A stretch of 64,000 nt of DNA from Candidatus Latescibacterota bacterium (GTDB lineage Bacteria > Latescibacterota > UBA2968 > UBA8231). The stretch lies in the NCBI GenBank assembly GCA_965197905.1, contig CBDAOB010000004.1:1984001-2048000 (forward strand). Direction: 5' to 3'. The notes below the pieces were generated by a model. The model was not told the DNA's origin. It saw only the letters and a program-made list of their open reading frames with translations, and ran no database searches. The position numbers were made by a program, and so were the translations under genes. Position 1 is the stretch's first letter, and each line of letters begins with the position of its first letter. Positions 37,501-47,441 of the stretch are shown in pieces.

Positions 37501-38751
37501 GTGATGCGAAAGAGACCACCGAAAAGCGACCCACGTTGCTCATTCTGCGGACGCAGCGCCAACCAGGTGGAAAAGATCATCACAGGTCCTTCCGTCCACA
37601 TCTGCAATGAATGCGTTAAACTCTGCAACGAGGTCCTGGCGGAGGAGAAACGTCAAACCCTGCCGTGGGAGACGGGTAGTCTTCCCAAACCGACCGATAT
37701 CAGAGCATTCCTGGACGAGTATGTCATTGGCCAGGAACAGGCTAAGAAGATCCTTTCCGTTGCCGTCTACAACCATTACAAACGCATTCGTTCCAACATC
37801 TCCATGGAAGGGGTGGAGCTGGAGAAGAGCAATATCCTCTTGGTCGGTCCCACTGGCACCGGTAAGACCCTGCTGGCGAACACCCTCGCCAAGGTGCTGC
37901 AGGTCCCTTTTTCTATCGCCGACGCAACGATCCTGACCGAAGCCGGGTATGTCGGCGAAGACGTGGAGAATATCCTCGTGCGTTTGCTACAGGCCGCCGA
38001 CTACGACGTACAACGGGCGGAGAAGGGTATCCTCTACCTCGACGAGGTCGACAAGATTGCTCGCAAGAGCGCGACGCCGGCGGTCAGCCGCGATGTTTCA
38101 GGAGAAGGGGTTCAACAGGCCCTCCTCAAGATCATCGAGGGAACCATCGCCAACATTCCCCCGAAGGGAGGACGCAAACATCCCGAACAGCCGATGATCC
38201 AGCTGAACACCCGCAACATCCTGTTTATTTGCGGGGGGGCCTTCGAAGGGCTAGACAAGATTATCAGTCAGCGCGTTGGTCGTCGAACGATCGGATTCGG
38301 GTCTGGCTTGCACGAACCGGAAGAGGCGGAGGGCGAGGAGATCATGGCGGATGTGCAGCCGGAAGATCTGTTGGCTTACGGGCTGATCCCGGAGTTCGTG
38401 GGTCGGGTTCCAGTCGTCACCGCGCTCGAAGAGCTCGGTGAGGACGATCTCTTTGATATTCTCACCGAACCGCGCAACGCTATAATAAAACAGGCGCAGC
38501 GTCTTTTCGAAATGGATGGAGTCGAGTTGCAGTTTACGGAGGAAGCGCTTCGCAAGGTGGTCGATCTGACGGTCAAGAAAGGCACCGGAGCACGTGGGCT
38601 CAGGTCCGTGCTAGAGCAGGCGATGATGGACATCATGTACGATGTTCCGTCGCAGGCGGGTGTCACCAAACTCGAGATCACCGCCGAGATGATCGAAAAG
38701 GGTGTGGAGGAAATCGACGACGAGGACGAATTGGAGCGCAAAAGGGCGTGA
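37501..38751 (+). CDS. clpX: ATP-dependent Clp protease ATP-binding subunit
   Basis: CSFCGR...[33 protein letters not shown]. Confidence 0.98.
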   Translation: MMRKRPPKSDPRCSFCGRSANQVEKIITGPSVHICNECVKLCNEVLAEEKRQTLPWETGSLPKPTDIRAFLDEYVIGQEQAKKILSVAVYNHYKRIRSNISMEGVELEKSNILLVGPTGTGKTLLANTLAKVLQVPFSIADATILTEAGYVGEDVENILVRLLQAADYDVQRAEKGILYLDEVDKIARKSATPAVSRDVSGEGVQQALLKIIEGTIANIPPKGGRKHPEQPMIQLNTRNILFICGGAFEGLDKIISQRVGRRTIGFGSGLHEPEEAEGEEIMADVQPEDLLAYGLIPEFVGRVPVVTALEELGEDDLFDILTEPRNAIIKQAQRLFEMDGVELQFTEEALRKVVDLTVKKGTGARGLRSVLEQAMMDIMYDVPSQAGVTKLEITAEMIEKGVEEIDDEDELERKRA

Positions 38752-38773
38752 TTCGACCGGACACCCGTATGGC

Positions 38774-39394
38774 ATGGAGTTTTCGACCGCAGAGTTCGTC
38801 ATTGGCGCCGCCAGCCCCGCAGACCTGCCCAACAACGGTTACGCCGAGATTGCCTTCGCCGGCCGTTCGAACGTCGGCAAATCCTCGCTCATCAACAAGC
38901 TGTTAAACCGCAAGAAGTTAGCACACACCAGCTCGACTCCTGGCAAAACCCGGCAACTGAATTACTACTTGATTGACGAGAGGTTCTACTTCGTCGATCT
39001 TCCCGGATACGGATACGTGCGCGGGGGAGTCAACCTGCGCAATCAACTCGGCAAGCTGACCGAGGCCTATCTTCAGTCGCGGCAACAACTTGTCGCGGTA
39101 CTCCAACTGATCGATGCACGAAACGGGCCGACCGATCAAGACTTGATCATGGTGGATTGGCTGCGCCAACGCCACACAGATTTCTTGCTGGTTTTTACCA
39201 AAGTGGACAAGATGACCCGCAACAAATGGAATACAAAATTGCGGCGTTTGGAGTCGGACGGACACCTGGGCGGCCTCTCGTTCGTCTCTTTCTCTGCCAC
39301 AACGGGCGAGGGCAGCCGCGACATTCAGCAATGGATGGGTGATGCCCTGAAAACCGCACCGGAAAATGCGGTTGCCCGGGGACCCGGACACTAA
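38774..39394 (+). CDS. yihA: Ribosome biogenesis GTPase YihA/YsxC (EngB)
   Basis: GRSNVGKSSLIN, PGKT, DLPGYGY, TKVDK. Confidence 0.95.
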   Translation: MEFSTAEFVIGAASPADLPNNGYAEIAFAGRSNVGKSSLINKLLNRKKLAHTSSTPGKTRQLNYYLIDERFYFVDLPGYGYVRGGVNLRNQLGKLTEAYLQSRQQLVAVLQLIDARNGPTDQDLIMVDWLRQRHTDFLLVFTKVDKMTRNKWNTKLRRLESDGHLGGLSFVSFSATTGEGSRDIQQWMGDALKTAPENAVARGPGH

Positions 39395-39396
39395 TC

Positions 39397-40677
39397 ATGC
39401 CGGCCAAAATCGTGTTGGGCGCGCAATGGGGGGACGAGGGCAAGGCAAAGGTCGTCGACTACATGACCTTGAGCGCCGACATCGTGGCCCGCTACCAGGG
39501 CGGGGCAAACGCCGGTCACACGGTGCAGGTGGGCGACAGCACATTCGTGTTTCACATCATTCACTCCGGCATCATTCACTCAGACAAGATCTGTGTTATT
39601 GGCAACGGAGTAGTAGCGGATCCGGTTGCCCTTATCGCCGAGCTGGACGAGCTAGAGAGCCGGGGGATTCTCGTCGCCGACCGTCTTTTCATCAGCGGCA
39701 ATGCCCATGTGGTCATGCCCTATCACAAGGCGCTGGAGAAAGCGGAGGAGGAAGACCCATCAGGGCTGACGCTGGGTACCACCCTGCGAGGCATTGGGCC
39801 CTGTTACCGCGACAAGATCGAGCGCTCCAACGGTGTCCGTATGACCGATCTCATGCGCCCCGACAAACTGCGCGATAAGTTGCGTTCGGCCATTCAATCC
39901 AAGAACGAGATTTTGGCGCGCATTTACGCTGCCGACGTGATCGACCAGAACGACACAATTGATGAATTCGTCGCCTATGGCAAGCGCCTGCAACCGTACG
40001 TTACCGACACATCGGCGCTCCTCAACAACGCCCTCGATGGCGGGAAAACGGTCCTTTTCGAGGGCGCCCAGGGCACGTTGCTGGACGTCGACCACGGTAC
40101 CTACCCCTACGTTACCTCCTCGAACACGACCGCGGGTGGGGCGTGCACCGGGAGCGGAGTCGGCCCTACGCGGATAGCCGAAGTAATCGGTGTCACCAAG
40201 GCCTACACCACCCGCGTCGGCAACGGTCCTTTTCCGACAGAGCTGGACGACGAAAACGGCGAGCGCATCCGTGCCATAGGCCATGAATACGGTGCGACGA
40301 CGGGGCGCTCCCGCCGCTGCGGCTGGTTCGACGCTCCCATCGTGCGGCTCGCCGGGCGGATCAACGGTTTGATGAGCATCGCGCTCACGCGCCTGGATGT
40401 GCTGGACACCCTCGAGCGCCTGAAGCTGTGCGTGGCATACGACTGCGATGGCACCGAGTTGTCCGAGTTCCCCTCCGACCCGGAACAGCTGGAAAATTGC
40501 AAACCGATCTACGAGGAACTGCCAGGGTGGCAGGTGGGGACCACGGCCGCGCGTCGTTTCAACGACTTACATCCTAACGCTCGTCGCTACGTCGACCGCA
40601 TTTCGGAGTTGACGGGACGACCGGTTTCACTGATTTCTGTCGGACCCGAACGAGAGTCCACCATCGACGTCTCTTGA
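39397..40677 (+). CDS. purA: Adenylosuccinate synthetase
   Basis: GAQWGDEGK, GGANAGHT, EGAQGTLLD, GATTGRSRRCGWFD. Confidence 0.98.
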   Translation: MPAKIVLGAQWGDEGKAKVVDYMTLSADIVARYQGGANAGHTVQVGDSTFVFHIIHSGIIHSDKICVIGNGVVADPVALIAELDELESRGILVADRLFISGNAHVVMPYHKALEKAEEEDPSGLTLGTTLRGIGPCYRDKIERSNGVRMTDLMRPDKLRDKLRSAIQSKNEILARIYAADVIDQNDTIDEFVAYGKRLQPYVTDTSALLNNALDGGKTVLFEGAQGTLLDVDHGTYPYVTSSNTTAGGACTGSGVGPTRIAEVIGVTKAYTTRVGNGPFPTELDDENGERIRAIGHEYGATTGRSRRCGWFDAPIVRLAGRINGLMSIALTRLDVLDTLERLKLCVAYDCDGTELSEFPSDPEQLENCKPIYEELPGWQVGTTAARRFNDLHPNARRYVDRISELTGRPVSLISVGPERESTIDVS

Positions 40678-40684
40678 TAATCTG

Positions 40685-41590
40685 ATGTTGCCCGAAATCG
40701 ACCCCAGGTCGCCCGGCGCCAGACTCCGTAGTTTGATCGCCGAAAAGACGGTCGTCCTTCCGGGCGCCTTCAACGCCGCGGTCGGGCTATTGGCACAGCA
40801 GGCAGGATTCGAAGCGGTCTACATTTCCGGGGCTGGTCTCGTCAACGGCACCGCGGGATACCCTGACATCGGCCTGTTCACTATGGATGAAATGGCGACC
40901 CAGGCGAGTTACATCGCCCGGTCGCTACGCGTGCCAGCGATCTGTGACGCCGACACCGGCTACGGCGAGGCGCTGCAGGTTATGCGAACAGTGCACGCGT
41001 ATGAGCAGGCGGGGTTGGCCGGGTTGCACCTGGAGGATCAGGTCGCGCCGAAACGCTGCGGACATCTGGATGGCAAGAGCCTGGTATCGGCCGCCGATAT
41101 GGAACGCAAGCTGACGGCGGCCGCAGCCGCTCGGTCCAGTGAGGACTTTTTGTTGATCGCCCGCACCGATGCGCGCAGCGTCGAAGGGTTCGAAGCCGGC
41201 GTCGAACGGAGCTTGCGGTATCTGGAGGCCGGCGCCGACGCCATTTTTCCCGAAGCCTTGGAATCTCGAGACGAGTTTGCCGAATTTGCCGAGCGGGTGG
41301 ATGCGGTTCTCATGGCGAACATGACTGAGTTCGGCAAGTCACCCATCATTTCCGTCACCGAATTTGCAGTAATGGGGTACCGCATGGTCATCTTTCCCAT
41401 GACCGCGTTTCGCGTTATGATGAAATCGGCGGAGGAGCTGTTTCGAGATCTTCGCGCTAAAGGCACACAGATCGATTGGCTTTCACAGATGCAGACTCGA
41501 GAAGAGCTCTATGCACTTTTGCGGTACGACGAGTACGCCAAGATGGATTCCGCGGTCGCGAGAGGTTCGAGCACGGATCAAGAGGTCTAA
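40685..41590 (+). CDS. prpB: Methylisocitrate lyase
   Basis: DADTGYG, HLEDQVAPKRCGH, ARTDA, NMTEFGK. Confidence 0.9.
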   Translation: MLPEIDPRSPGARLRSLIAEKTVVLPGAFNAAVGLLAQQAGFEAVYISGAGLVNGTAGYPDIGLFTMDEMATQASYIARSLRVPAICDADTGYGEALQVMRTVHAYEQAGLAGLHLEDQVAPKRCGHLDGKSLVSAADMERKLTAAAAARSSEDFLLIARTDARSVEGFEAGVERSLRYLEAGADAIFPEALESRDEFAEFAERVDAVLMANMTEFGKSPIISVTEFAVMGYRMVIFPMTAFRVMMKSAEELFRDLRAKGTQIDWLSQMQTREELYALLRYDEYAKMDSAVARGSSTDQEV

Positions 41591-41620
41591 GAAGCGATCC
41601 TCTATCCCGAGATTGATGCA

Positions 41621-42751
41621 GTGAAAACGGAAGATTACAGTCCAGGTCTGGAGGGAATCGTCGCCGGTGAGTCGGCGATTTCTAGCATTGACGTTCAGCG
41701 CAATCGGTTGCTGGTGCGCGGGTACGACCTTGCCGACCTCAGCGAACATTGCAGATTCGAAGAGGTCGCCTACCTCTTGCTGCACGATGATCTTCCCAAC
41801 GCATCGGCACTTTCCGAATTTGAGAACACCATCGATCTTCGCCGCGGCCTGAGCGATCCCACTCTCGAGTTACTGCGGCGCGCGCCGCTCCGGTCCCATC
41901 CGATGAGCCTACTGAGGACGGCCGTCTCGGCGTTGTCCCTGGAGGATCTGAATGCGGGCGATCGCAGTGTCGAAGCCGAACGACGGAGGGCGGTGGAGCT
42001 GTTGGCGAAGATTCCTACCATCATCGCGGCCGGCTACCGCCTCGCATCGGGCGCAGAGCCTGTTGCTCCGAAGCCGGAATACTCCCAAGCAGCCAATCTG
42101 TTGTACATGTTGCGGGGATCGGACCCCGACGATCACGAGGTGGCCGCTTTGGACGTCTCCTTGATACTCTACGCCGAACACGGGTTCAACGCGTCGACCT
42201 TCACGGCTCGAGTTGTGGCGTCGACCTTGAGCGACCTCTATGCCAGTATCGTTGCAGCCATTGGTGCGCTGGCGGGACCATTGCACGGCGGGGCTAATGA
42301 AAAAGCGATGGAGATGCTGGAGCAGATCGGTTCGGCAGAGGTGGCTGAGCACTGGGTGTTGAACGCGCTGGCCGAGAAGCGAAAGATCATGGGTTTTGGT
42401 CACCGCGAGTATAGAACGGGTGACTCTCGCGTGCCGATCATGAAGGCGGTTGGCCGCAAACTTGCAACTATTCTGGATGACAGCCGGTGGGTCGATATCG
42501 CCGATGTGGTCGAACGCACGATGGATCGCGAGAAGGGTATTTTCGCGAATGTCGACTTCCCCTGTTCGTATGTTTACTACATGCTGGGGATTCCGATTCA
42601 GCTCTACACTCCGATCTTCGTCTCGAGCCGGGTAACGGGGTGGGCAGCACACATCATGGAGCAGCTCGCCAACAACCGTCTCATCCGGCCCGCACACCTC
42701 TACCTCGGACCGGCCTGGCGTCGTTTCTTGCCTCTCTCAGAGCGGGGGTGA
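41621..42751 (+). CDS. prpC: 2-methylcitrate/citrate synthase
   Basis: YSPGLEG, YAEHGFNAST, GPLHGGANE, MGFGHR, NVDF; adjacent to prpB. Confidence 0.85.
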   Translation: MKTEDYSPGLEGIVAGESAISSIDVQRNRLLVRGYDLADLSEHCRFEEVAYLLLHDDLPNASALSEFENTIDLRRGLSDPTLELLRRAPLRSHPMSLLRTAVSALSLEDLNAGDRSVEAERRRAVELLAKIPTIIAAGYRLASGAEPVAPKPEYSQAANLLYMLRGSDPDDHEVAALDVSLILYAEHGFNASTFTARVVASTLSDLYASIVAAIGALAGPLHGGANEKAMEMLEQIGSAEVAEHWVLNALAEKRKIMGFGHREYRTGDSRVPIMKAVGRKLATILDDSRWVDIADVVERTMDREKGIFANVDFPCSYVYYMLGIPIQLYTPIFVSSRVTGWAAHIMEQLANNRLIRPAHLYLGPAWRRFLPLSERG

Positions 42752-43306
42752 GCCGGCGTTCGCGCTTGATCGGCGCCGCCTTTGCAACAGTGTATCCCTG
42801 ATTTCTAGCAGGAACGCCTGAACCACCGGGGTCTGGTAGTCAGGGTAGGTCCATGGCTGCGGCTGGCATTTTCCCTTTTGGAAAAACAGCGTGGTTTCGG
42901 CAAACAGCCCCGGGCCTATGCAGATGCGGTGTCCGCTGTATTTCGTCGTCGCCAGTACGAGACTCTCTACCGAAACCAAACCAGGATCGATGTTGGCGCG
43001 CCGACAGAGCGCTCCTTGCTTCTCTTCCGCCAGCTCTTTCTCGATCTCCATGGTTTTCCGTTTTACGTCATAAAGCGAAGCGGGGTCCACGGGATCGCCC
43101 ACGCGGAAAAGCTGCTTGATCAGACCACCACCCATCTCGTCGTGGTAGTAGGTCGAGAAATCGAACGGGAAGGTGGAGCTGCGACTCGTGATCGATCCCA
43201 GGTGGCGTTCGATCTTCTCCGAGGCTTGGGCCATTTCCGTCGCACCAGGAGTCAAAGTGGCACAGATCAGGGCGGCAGGCTCTACCGGCTGCTCAAAGAT
43301 GGGCAT
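42737..43306 (-). CDS. DUF4416-like protein
   Basis: YYHDEMG, RRANIDPG, LATTK, HRI, WTYPDY. Confidence 0.75.
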   Translation of the reverse strand: MPIFEQPVEPAALICATLTPGATEMAQASEKIERHLGSITSRSSTFPFDFSTYYHDEMGGGLIKQLFRVGDPVDPASLYDVKRKTMEIEKELAEEKQGALCRRANIDPGLVSVESLVLATTKYSGHRICIGPGLFAETTLFFQKGKCQPQPWTYPDYQTPVVQAFLLEIRDTLLQRRRRSSANAGSPPL

Positions 43307-43309
43307 TGC

Positions 43310-44725
43310 TCAGTTCGACTCCCCGGCTTCCACGGGGTGGTCGCTGTCTTCGATTACCCGCATGGACTTCCACGCCCCCGATCTAAATCTCAAGTAGAAT
43401 ACGATGCCCGCCGCGACGATGTAGGCGCACATGAGTGTCCACAACGTCCAGACTCCCACGTCGAAGAGTGCGACCCCAACAACAGCGGGAATGAGCATCA
43501 CTAACCAGCTCAAGCCGATTGAGCCCAACATCACGTAGCGCGTATCACCGGCCCCTTTCAAGGCAGATGTAAACACGATATACATGCCGTCGAAAACGCA
43601 GTACACTGCGACGATTCGCAACAGTCCCTCGGCCAGGTTTTGAGCGGCCACAAAATCCTCCCCGTGTGCGCGAAAGCCGTACGGCATCAAGAACAGCGCG
43701 GGCACGCACAAGTACAAAAGAGCCATCGTGCCCATATAACCCAGGGCAAGGTGCATGCCAGACCACGTGCAATATTCGGCCTTGTCGGGAAAATTCTCAC
43801 CCAGATGCTGTCCGACCAGGGTAGACACGGCGATGCCGCATCCAATCAACGGCATGAATGCCAGGCTGTTGACGTTGAATGCCATGTTGGTCGCCGCCAG
43901 TTCGACCGTGCCCAGTCGTCCCACTATGAGAATGAAGAAGGAGAACGCCATGACATCGAGCATGAAGTTTACACCGCTTGGGACACCGAACCTCAGCATC
44001 CGGCGAAAGAGTTCCCCATCGAATCTCCACTGGCTCAGAGTGCCGAACTCCTCACGGTTTTGGCGTTGTAGGATTAGCAGTCCTAACAACAGCGCCGAGA
44101 ACGCAGCGGCCAGGTTGGTGGCCCAGGCCGCCCCACGGATCCCCATCGCGGGGAATCCCCAATGGCCGAAGATGAGGGCATAGTCGAGTCCGATATTTAT
44201 GCCGGTAGCGGAGGCGTTTACAATCAAAACAACCCACGTCTTACTCTGGCCGCTGTAAAAGCAGGACAGCACAGTTGCCAGGACAATGGGGCCTGTTCCG
44301 AAACAAAGGATACGAAAGTAGGCGACCTCCTCGGCGCGAATCGCGGGATCGTGGCCGATGAGGTCAAATAGCGGCCGGGCAAGTGGGAGCAAACCGAGAG
44401 CGGCGATTCCTGCTCCCCAGGAGAGATGCGTGCCCTGCCAGATGGAGGCACCGACGCGGTCGCGCCGTCGAGCTCCTACATACTGTGCGACAAAAACGTT
44501 TACGTATCCGGCAAGCCCCAAGAAGAAACTCACAAACACAAAGTTGCTTATCCCTGCCGGGAGTGCGGCGGCCATCGATTGAGTGGAATGCCAAGTCAGG
44601 AACACCCGATCGACGAAATGCTGAATGCTCCAGCTGGCGGTACTGAGAATCAGCGGCAAAGCGAGGGCGAGGAAATCTCGGTATCCTCCGACACTGCCCC
44701 ACCGGTCGCGCACGCTTGCAAGCAC
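43310..44725 (-). CDS. MATE-family efflux transporter (start codon uncertain)
   Basis: LALPLILS, FVDRVFL, VAQYVGA, MGIRGAAWAT, ALKGAGDT. Confidence 0.92.
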   Translation of the reverse strand: MLASVRDRWGSVGGYRDFLALALPLILSTASWSIQHFVDRVFLTWHSTQSMAAALPAGISNFVFVSFFLGLAGYVNVFVAQYVGARRRDRVGASIWQGTHLSWGAGIAALGLLPLARPLFDLIGHDPAIRAEEVAYFRILCFGTGPIVLATVLSCFYSGQSKTWVVLIVNASATGINIGLDYALIFGHWGFPAMGIRGAAWATNLAAAFSALLLGLLILQRQNREEFGTLSQWRFDGELFRRMLRFGVPSGVNFMLDVMAFSFFILIVGRLGTVELAATNMAFNVNSLAFMPLIGCGIAVSTLVGQHLGENFPDKAEYCTWSGMHLALGYMGTMALLYLCVPALFLMPYGFRAHGEDFVAAQNLAEGLLRIVAVYCVFDGMYIVFTSALKGAGDTRYVMLGSIGLSWLVMLIPAVVGVALFDVGVWTLWTLMCAYIVAAGIVFYLRFRSGAWKSMRVIEDSDHPVEAGESN

Positions 44726-44901
44726 TTTGATTACGGCTCCAGGCTCGTTGTGAGTGGATTGAAAACGGTAGAAACATTTCGATGGCCGCGAGCTTTGAGA
44801 CGGTCCAGACACCGCAGACGAGGGCCACGTCGGCACCGTCTGCGCGGACGTGTTTGGCGATGCGATCGCTGCTGTCGATTGTGAGTGACAAACGGTTTAC
44901 G

Positions 44902-45650
44902 GTGCGCCGTGCTAAGGCGCACATCTTCAGTGGGTGCGAATCCCACCCGGCAAGGGTCGCTCCAGCCGGTAGCAATCGGAGCAGTGGTGGAGGCGACGAA
45001 GCCGCTGAAGCCTCCGGTGTAGAGGGTCGCCTTGGGCGACTTGGCGAGCACACAGGCCGTAACGTGAGTAAACGCTGAGCAGGCCTCGAAAAGTGTAATG
45101 CGGAAGCCGACCTGCCCGTAAACCAGGGAAGGCCGCTGCAGCTGGGGAAGTCGAGCGACAAGCGCACCCAGCTGTTCCGCCGGGGTAGTGGCGACAGCAT
45201 GTGTGTAAGAGGAGATGTGGCGCAACACGGGAAGCCTCATCCGGTGGAAGCAGCGAGTGCCTCCAACCGGTAACCCGCGAGGGCCAGACTGGGCTGGATG
45301 AGGTGGCGGACAGGCGCGTAGTACCGAGGAAGCCGGGTAACTCCGGTGGAGGGAAGGGGCCTGACTTCGGACATGCTGCGGAAGTGCAGAGGGTTGGAGA
45401 GTGGCGTGAGCCTATTGCCTCCAGCAGTAAGACTAGTATGCATCGGAAGCAGCTTGACTACCAGGTGAAGTCCTTGTGGCGTGTGCCTGGATGTGACGTT
45501 CGTCGGGAAGCCGGATGCGGGAGATCCGCACGTCCGGTTTGAGGCGGCGGGAACTGGAAACGTAGCGATGGGAGTCGGACTGAGGGCTATGGCGAAAGCC
45601 ATGGGGAACCCACCGAACCCTAAGGCTGGCGCGCCAGTTCTCGACCCTAC
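44902..45650 (+). mobile_element. Group II intron with no intact ORF (749 nt)
   Basis: 5' GTGCG; domain V GAAGCCGGATGCGGGAGATCCGCACGTCCGGTTT (45507-45540); domain VI ending CTCGACCCTAC; EBS1 CGTAAACC (45117-45124) complementary to flank GGTTTACG (44894-44901). Confidence 0.92.
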
Positions 45651-45724
45651 CCCATTGATCAGAGCATCGGATGGATTAATATTAGCGACAGGCGGCTCCG
45701 AATAACTCTCTATTAGAAGAAAGC

Positions 45725-46360
45725 ATGTCAAAGAAAACCAAAACCGTTAAGAAAACGCAAAGAAAAGCGTTCGGTATTACCGTTCTCAAAGCAGCGGACA
45801 AAAGAATCCGAAGTCTAAAAAGCGAATACGAACCGTTCGTTCACGGCGGCAAGTTTTGGAACTCCAGCTGGCTGATCATGGACTTCCTGAAACGTCAAGG
45901 TGTTCCGCAGAACAGCCGGGTAATCGAGGTCGGATGTGGGTGGGGTCTGGCTTCCATATACTGCGCCAAGAATCACGAGGCAAGAGTGACCGGCGTCGAT
46001 ATGGATTCGGCCGTATTTCCCTATCTCAAGCTGCACGCGGAAGTCAACGATGTACGGGTCAAAACCGAGCGTATGAAGTTTCAGGATCTCAGAAAGAAGA
46101 CGCTGTCCAAATTCGACCTCATGATCGGTGCGGACGTATGCTTCTGGGACGAGTTGGTGGACCCCCTGTACAAATTGATTCGACGAGGCGTCAAAGCCGA
46201 CGTTCAACAGATCATTGTCGCCGACCCGGGACGCCCACCGTTTCTAAAGGTCTGCGACCGCTGTTGTGACAAGCTTGGCGGGATAACGAAGGACTGGGAA
46301 ATCTCAGGATCGGTTCGAGCCAGCGGCACCCTCCTGATCGTGGGGTCTCTACCGCACTGA
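45725..46360 (+). CDS. Class I SAM-dependent methyltransferase (lysine-methyltransferase/Methyltransf_16-like)
   Basis: GGKFWNSS, VIEVGCGWGL, IGADVCF, VADPGR. Confidence 0.85.
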   Translation: MSKKTKTVKKTQRKAFGITVLKAADKRIRSLKSEYEPFVHGGKFWNSSWLIMDFLKRQGVPQNSRVIEVGCGWGLASIYCAKNHEARVTGVDMDSAVFPYLKLHAEVNDVRVKTERMKFQDLRKKTLSKFDLMIGADVCFWDELVDPLYKLIRRGVKADVQQIIVADPGRPPFLKVCDRCCDKLGGITKDWEISGSVRASGTLLIVGSLPH

Positions 46361-46379
46361 GGGCAGTCACCGGTCTGAT

Positions 46380-47372
46380 TCAAAATCGGTTTACCTTGTC
46401 GACGATGTTCAGCAAGGTTTCGCCCTTCACGAGTTTCTTGCAGTTTTCGATCAATAGTGCGAGGCGGCGTTGGTCGATATCCCGGCCGGCCGCCGCCACG
46501 TGAGGGGTCATCAGGAAATTCGGCGCTTGCCACAATGGGTGATCGCTCGGAAGAGGTTCCTCCTCGAAGACGTCCAGCGCTGCGCCCCCAATAAACCCTT
46601 CTTTCAAAGCAACTACGAGGTCTTGCAGTTTTACGCTGGTCCCGCGACCAATGTTGACGAAGATAGCCGAACGTTTCATCAGCTTGAAACGATCCAGGTC
46701 GAAAAGCCCTTCTGTTGAGGGAGTCTGAGGTGCAGTCATGATTACGAAGTCGGCATGGGGCAAATGGTCGTTTAATCGCTCGGGGCGGACGAGTTCGTCA
46801 ACACCATCTGGCGTTTCGGGCACTCGCGGGTCGACTCCGGTCACCATCATGCCGAAATGTTTGCAGTGAGCTGCCGTGGCCGCTCCGATGCCTCCCACGC
46901 CTATAATCAGAGCTTGCGCTCCTGGAAGATTGGCCAGCTTTCCTTTCTCAAGCTGGGGAACCCAACGCCCGCGAAACTGTTCCGGTAGATAGTGGTGCAG
47001 CCCTCTCGAAAACGCCAAAACGAACGACATGATGTGTTCGCTAATGCAGTCGTTGAATATTCCCCTCATATTGGTTACGATCACCGAGCTGGATACCAAC
47101 TCGGGGAAATAGAATTCGGGAGAAGGTCCCGCTTGTGGGCAGGCAAGCCATTTCAACCGGCCGGCCGATTCGAGGAGTTCGGCATCCATCACGCCGAATG
47201 CTCCTATGGCAATCGGAAGCGCATCGAGCGCCTCCTGACGAGTTTCGCATATCTGTATTTCGAGCTCGGAAACCTCTTCGCCTATCGCCGCGGACCAAGC
47301 CCGTTCTCGCCCGGTTGCTGGTGGTAGGAATACGAATCTCAAACTCGACTTGCCCCTTTCGTCGGTTGTCAT
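46380..47372 (-). CDS. D-2-hydroxyacid dehydrogenase
   Basis: IIGVGGIG, FVNIGRG, AALDVFEEEPL, TPHVA. Confidence 0.92.
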   Translation of the reverse strand: MTTDERGKSSLRFVFLPPATGRERAWSAAIGEEVSELEIQICETRQEALDALPIAIGAFGVMDAELLESAGRLKWLACPQAGPSPEFYFPELVSSSVIVTNMRGIFNDCISEHIMSFVLAFSRGLHHYLPEQFRGRWVPQLEKGKLANLPGAQALIIGVGGIGAATAAHCKHFGMMVTGVDPRVPETPDGVDELVRPERLNDHLPHADFVIMTAPQTPSTEGLFDLDRFKLMKRSAIFVNIGRGTSVKLQDLVVALKEGFIGGAALDVFEEEPLPSDHPLWQAPNFLMTPHVAAAGRDIDQRRLALLIENCKKLVKGETLLNIVDKVNRF

Positions 47373-47441
47373 TGATCACGCAATATAGGGTCTCCTACGG
47401 GTCGCAACAATTTATGTTCCCCGGTTCCTATTCGAGGGTCC

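Noticed and set aside
40685..42751. prpB-prpC without prpD as a novel pathway
   Set aside because: The dehydratase may be encoded elsewhere, which cannot be judged from one window.
44782..45715. A host gene restored by intron splicing
   Set aside because: Joining the exons gives only a ~60-aa frame with no recognisable features, so the site appears intergenic.
44364..45731. ORFs overlapping the intron (44364-45200, 44731-45240, 45201-45542, 45237-45731)
   Set aside because: They have no RT or other motifs and are spurious frames across structured intron RNA.
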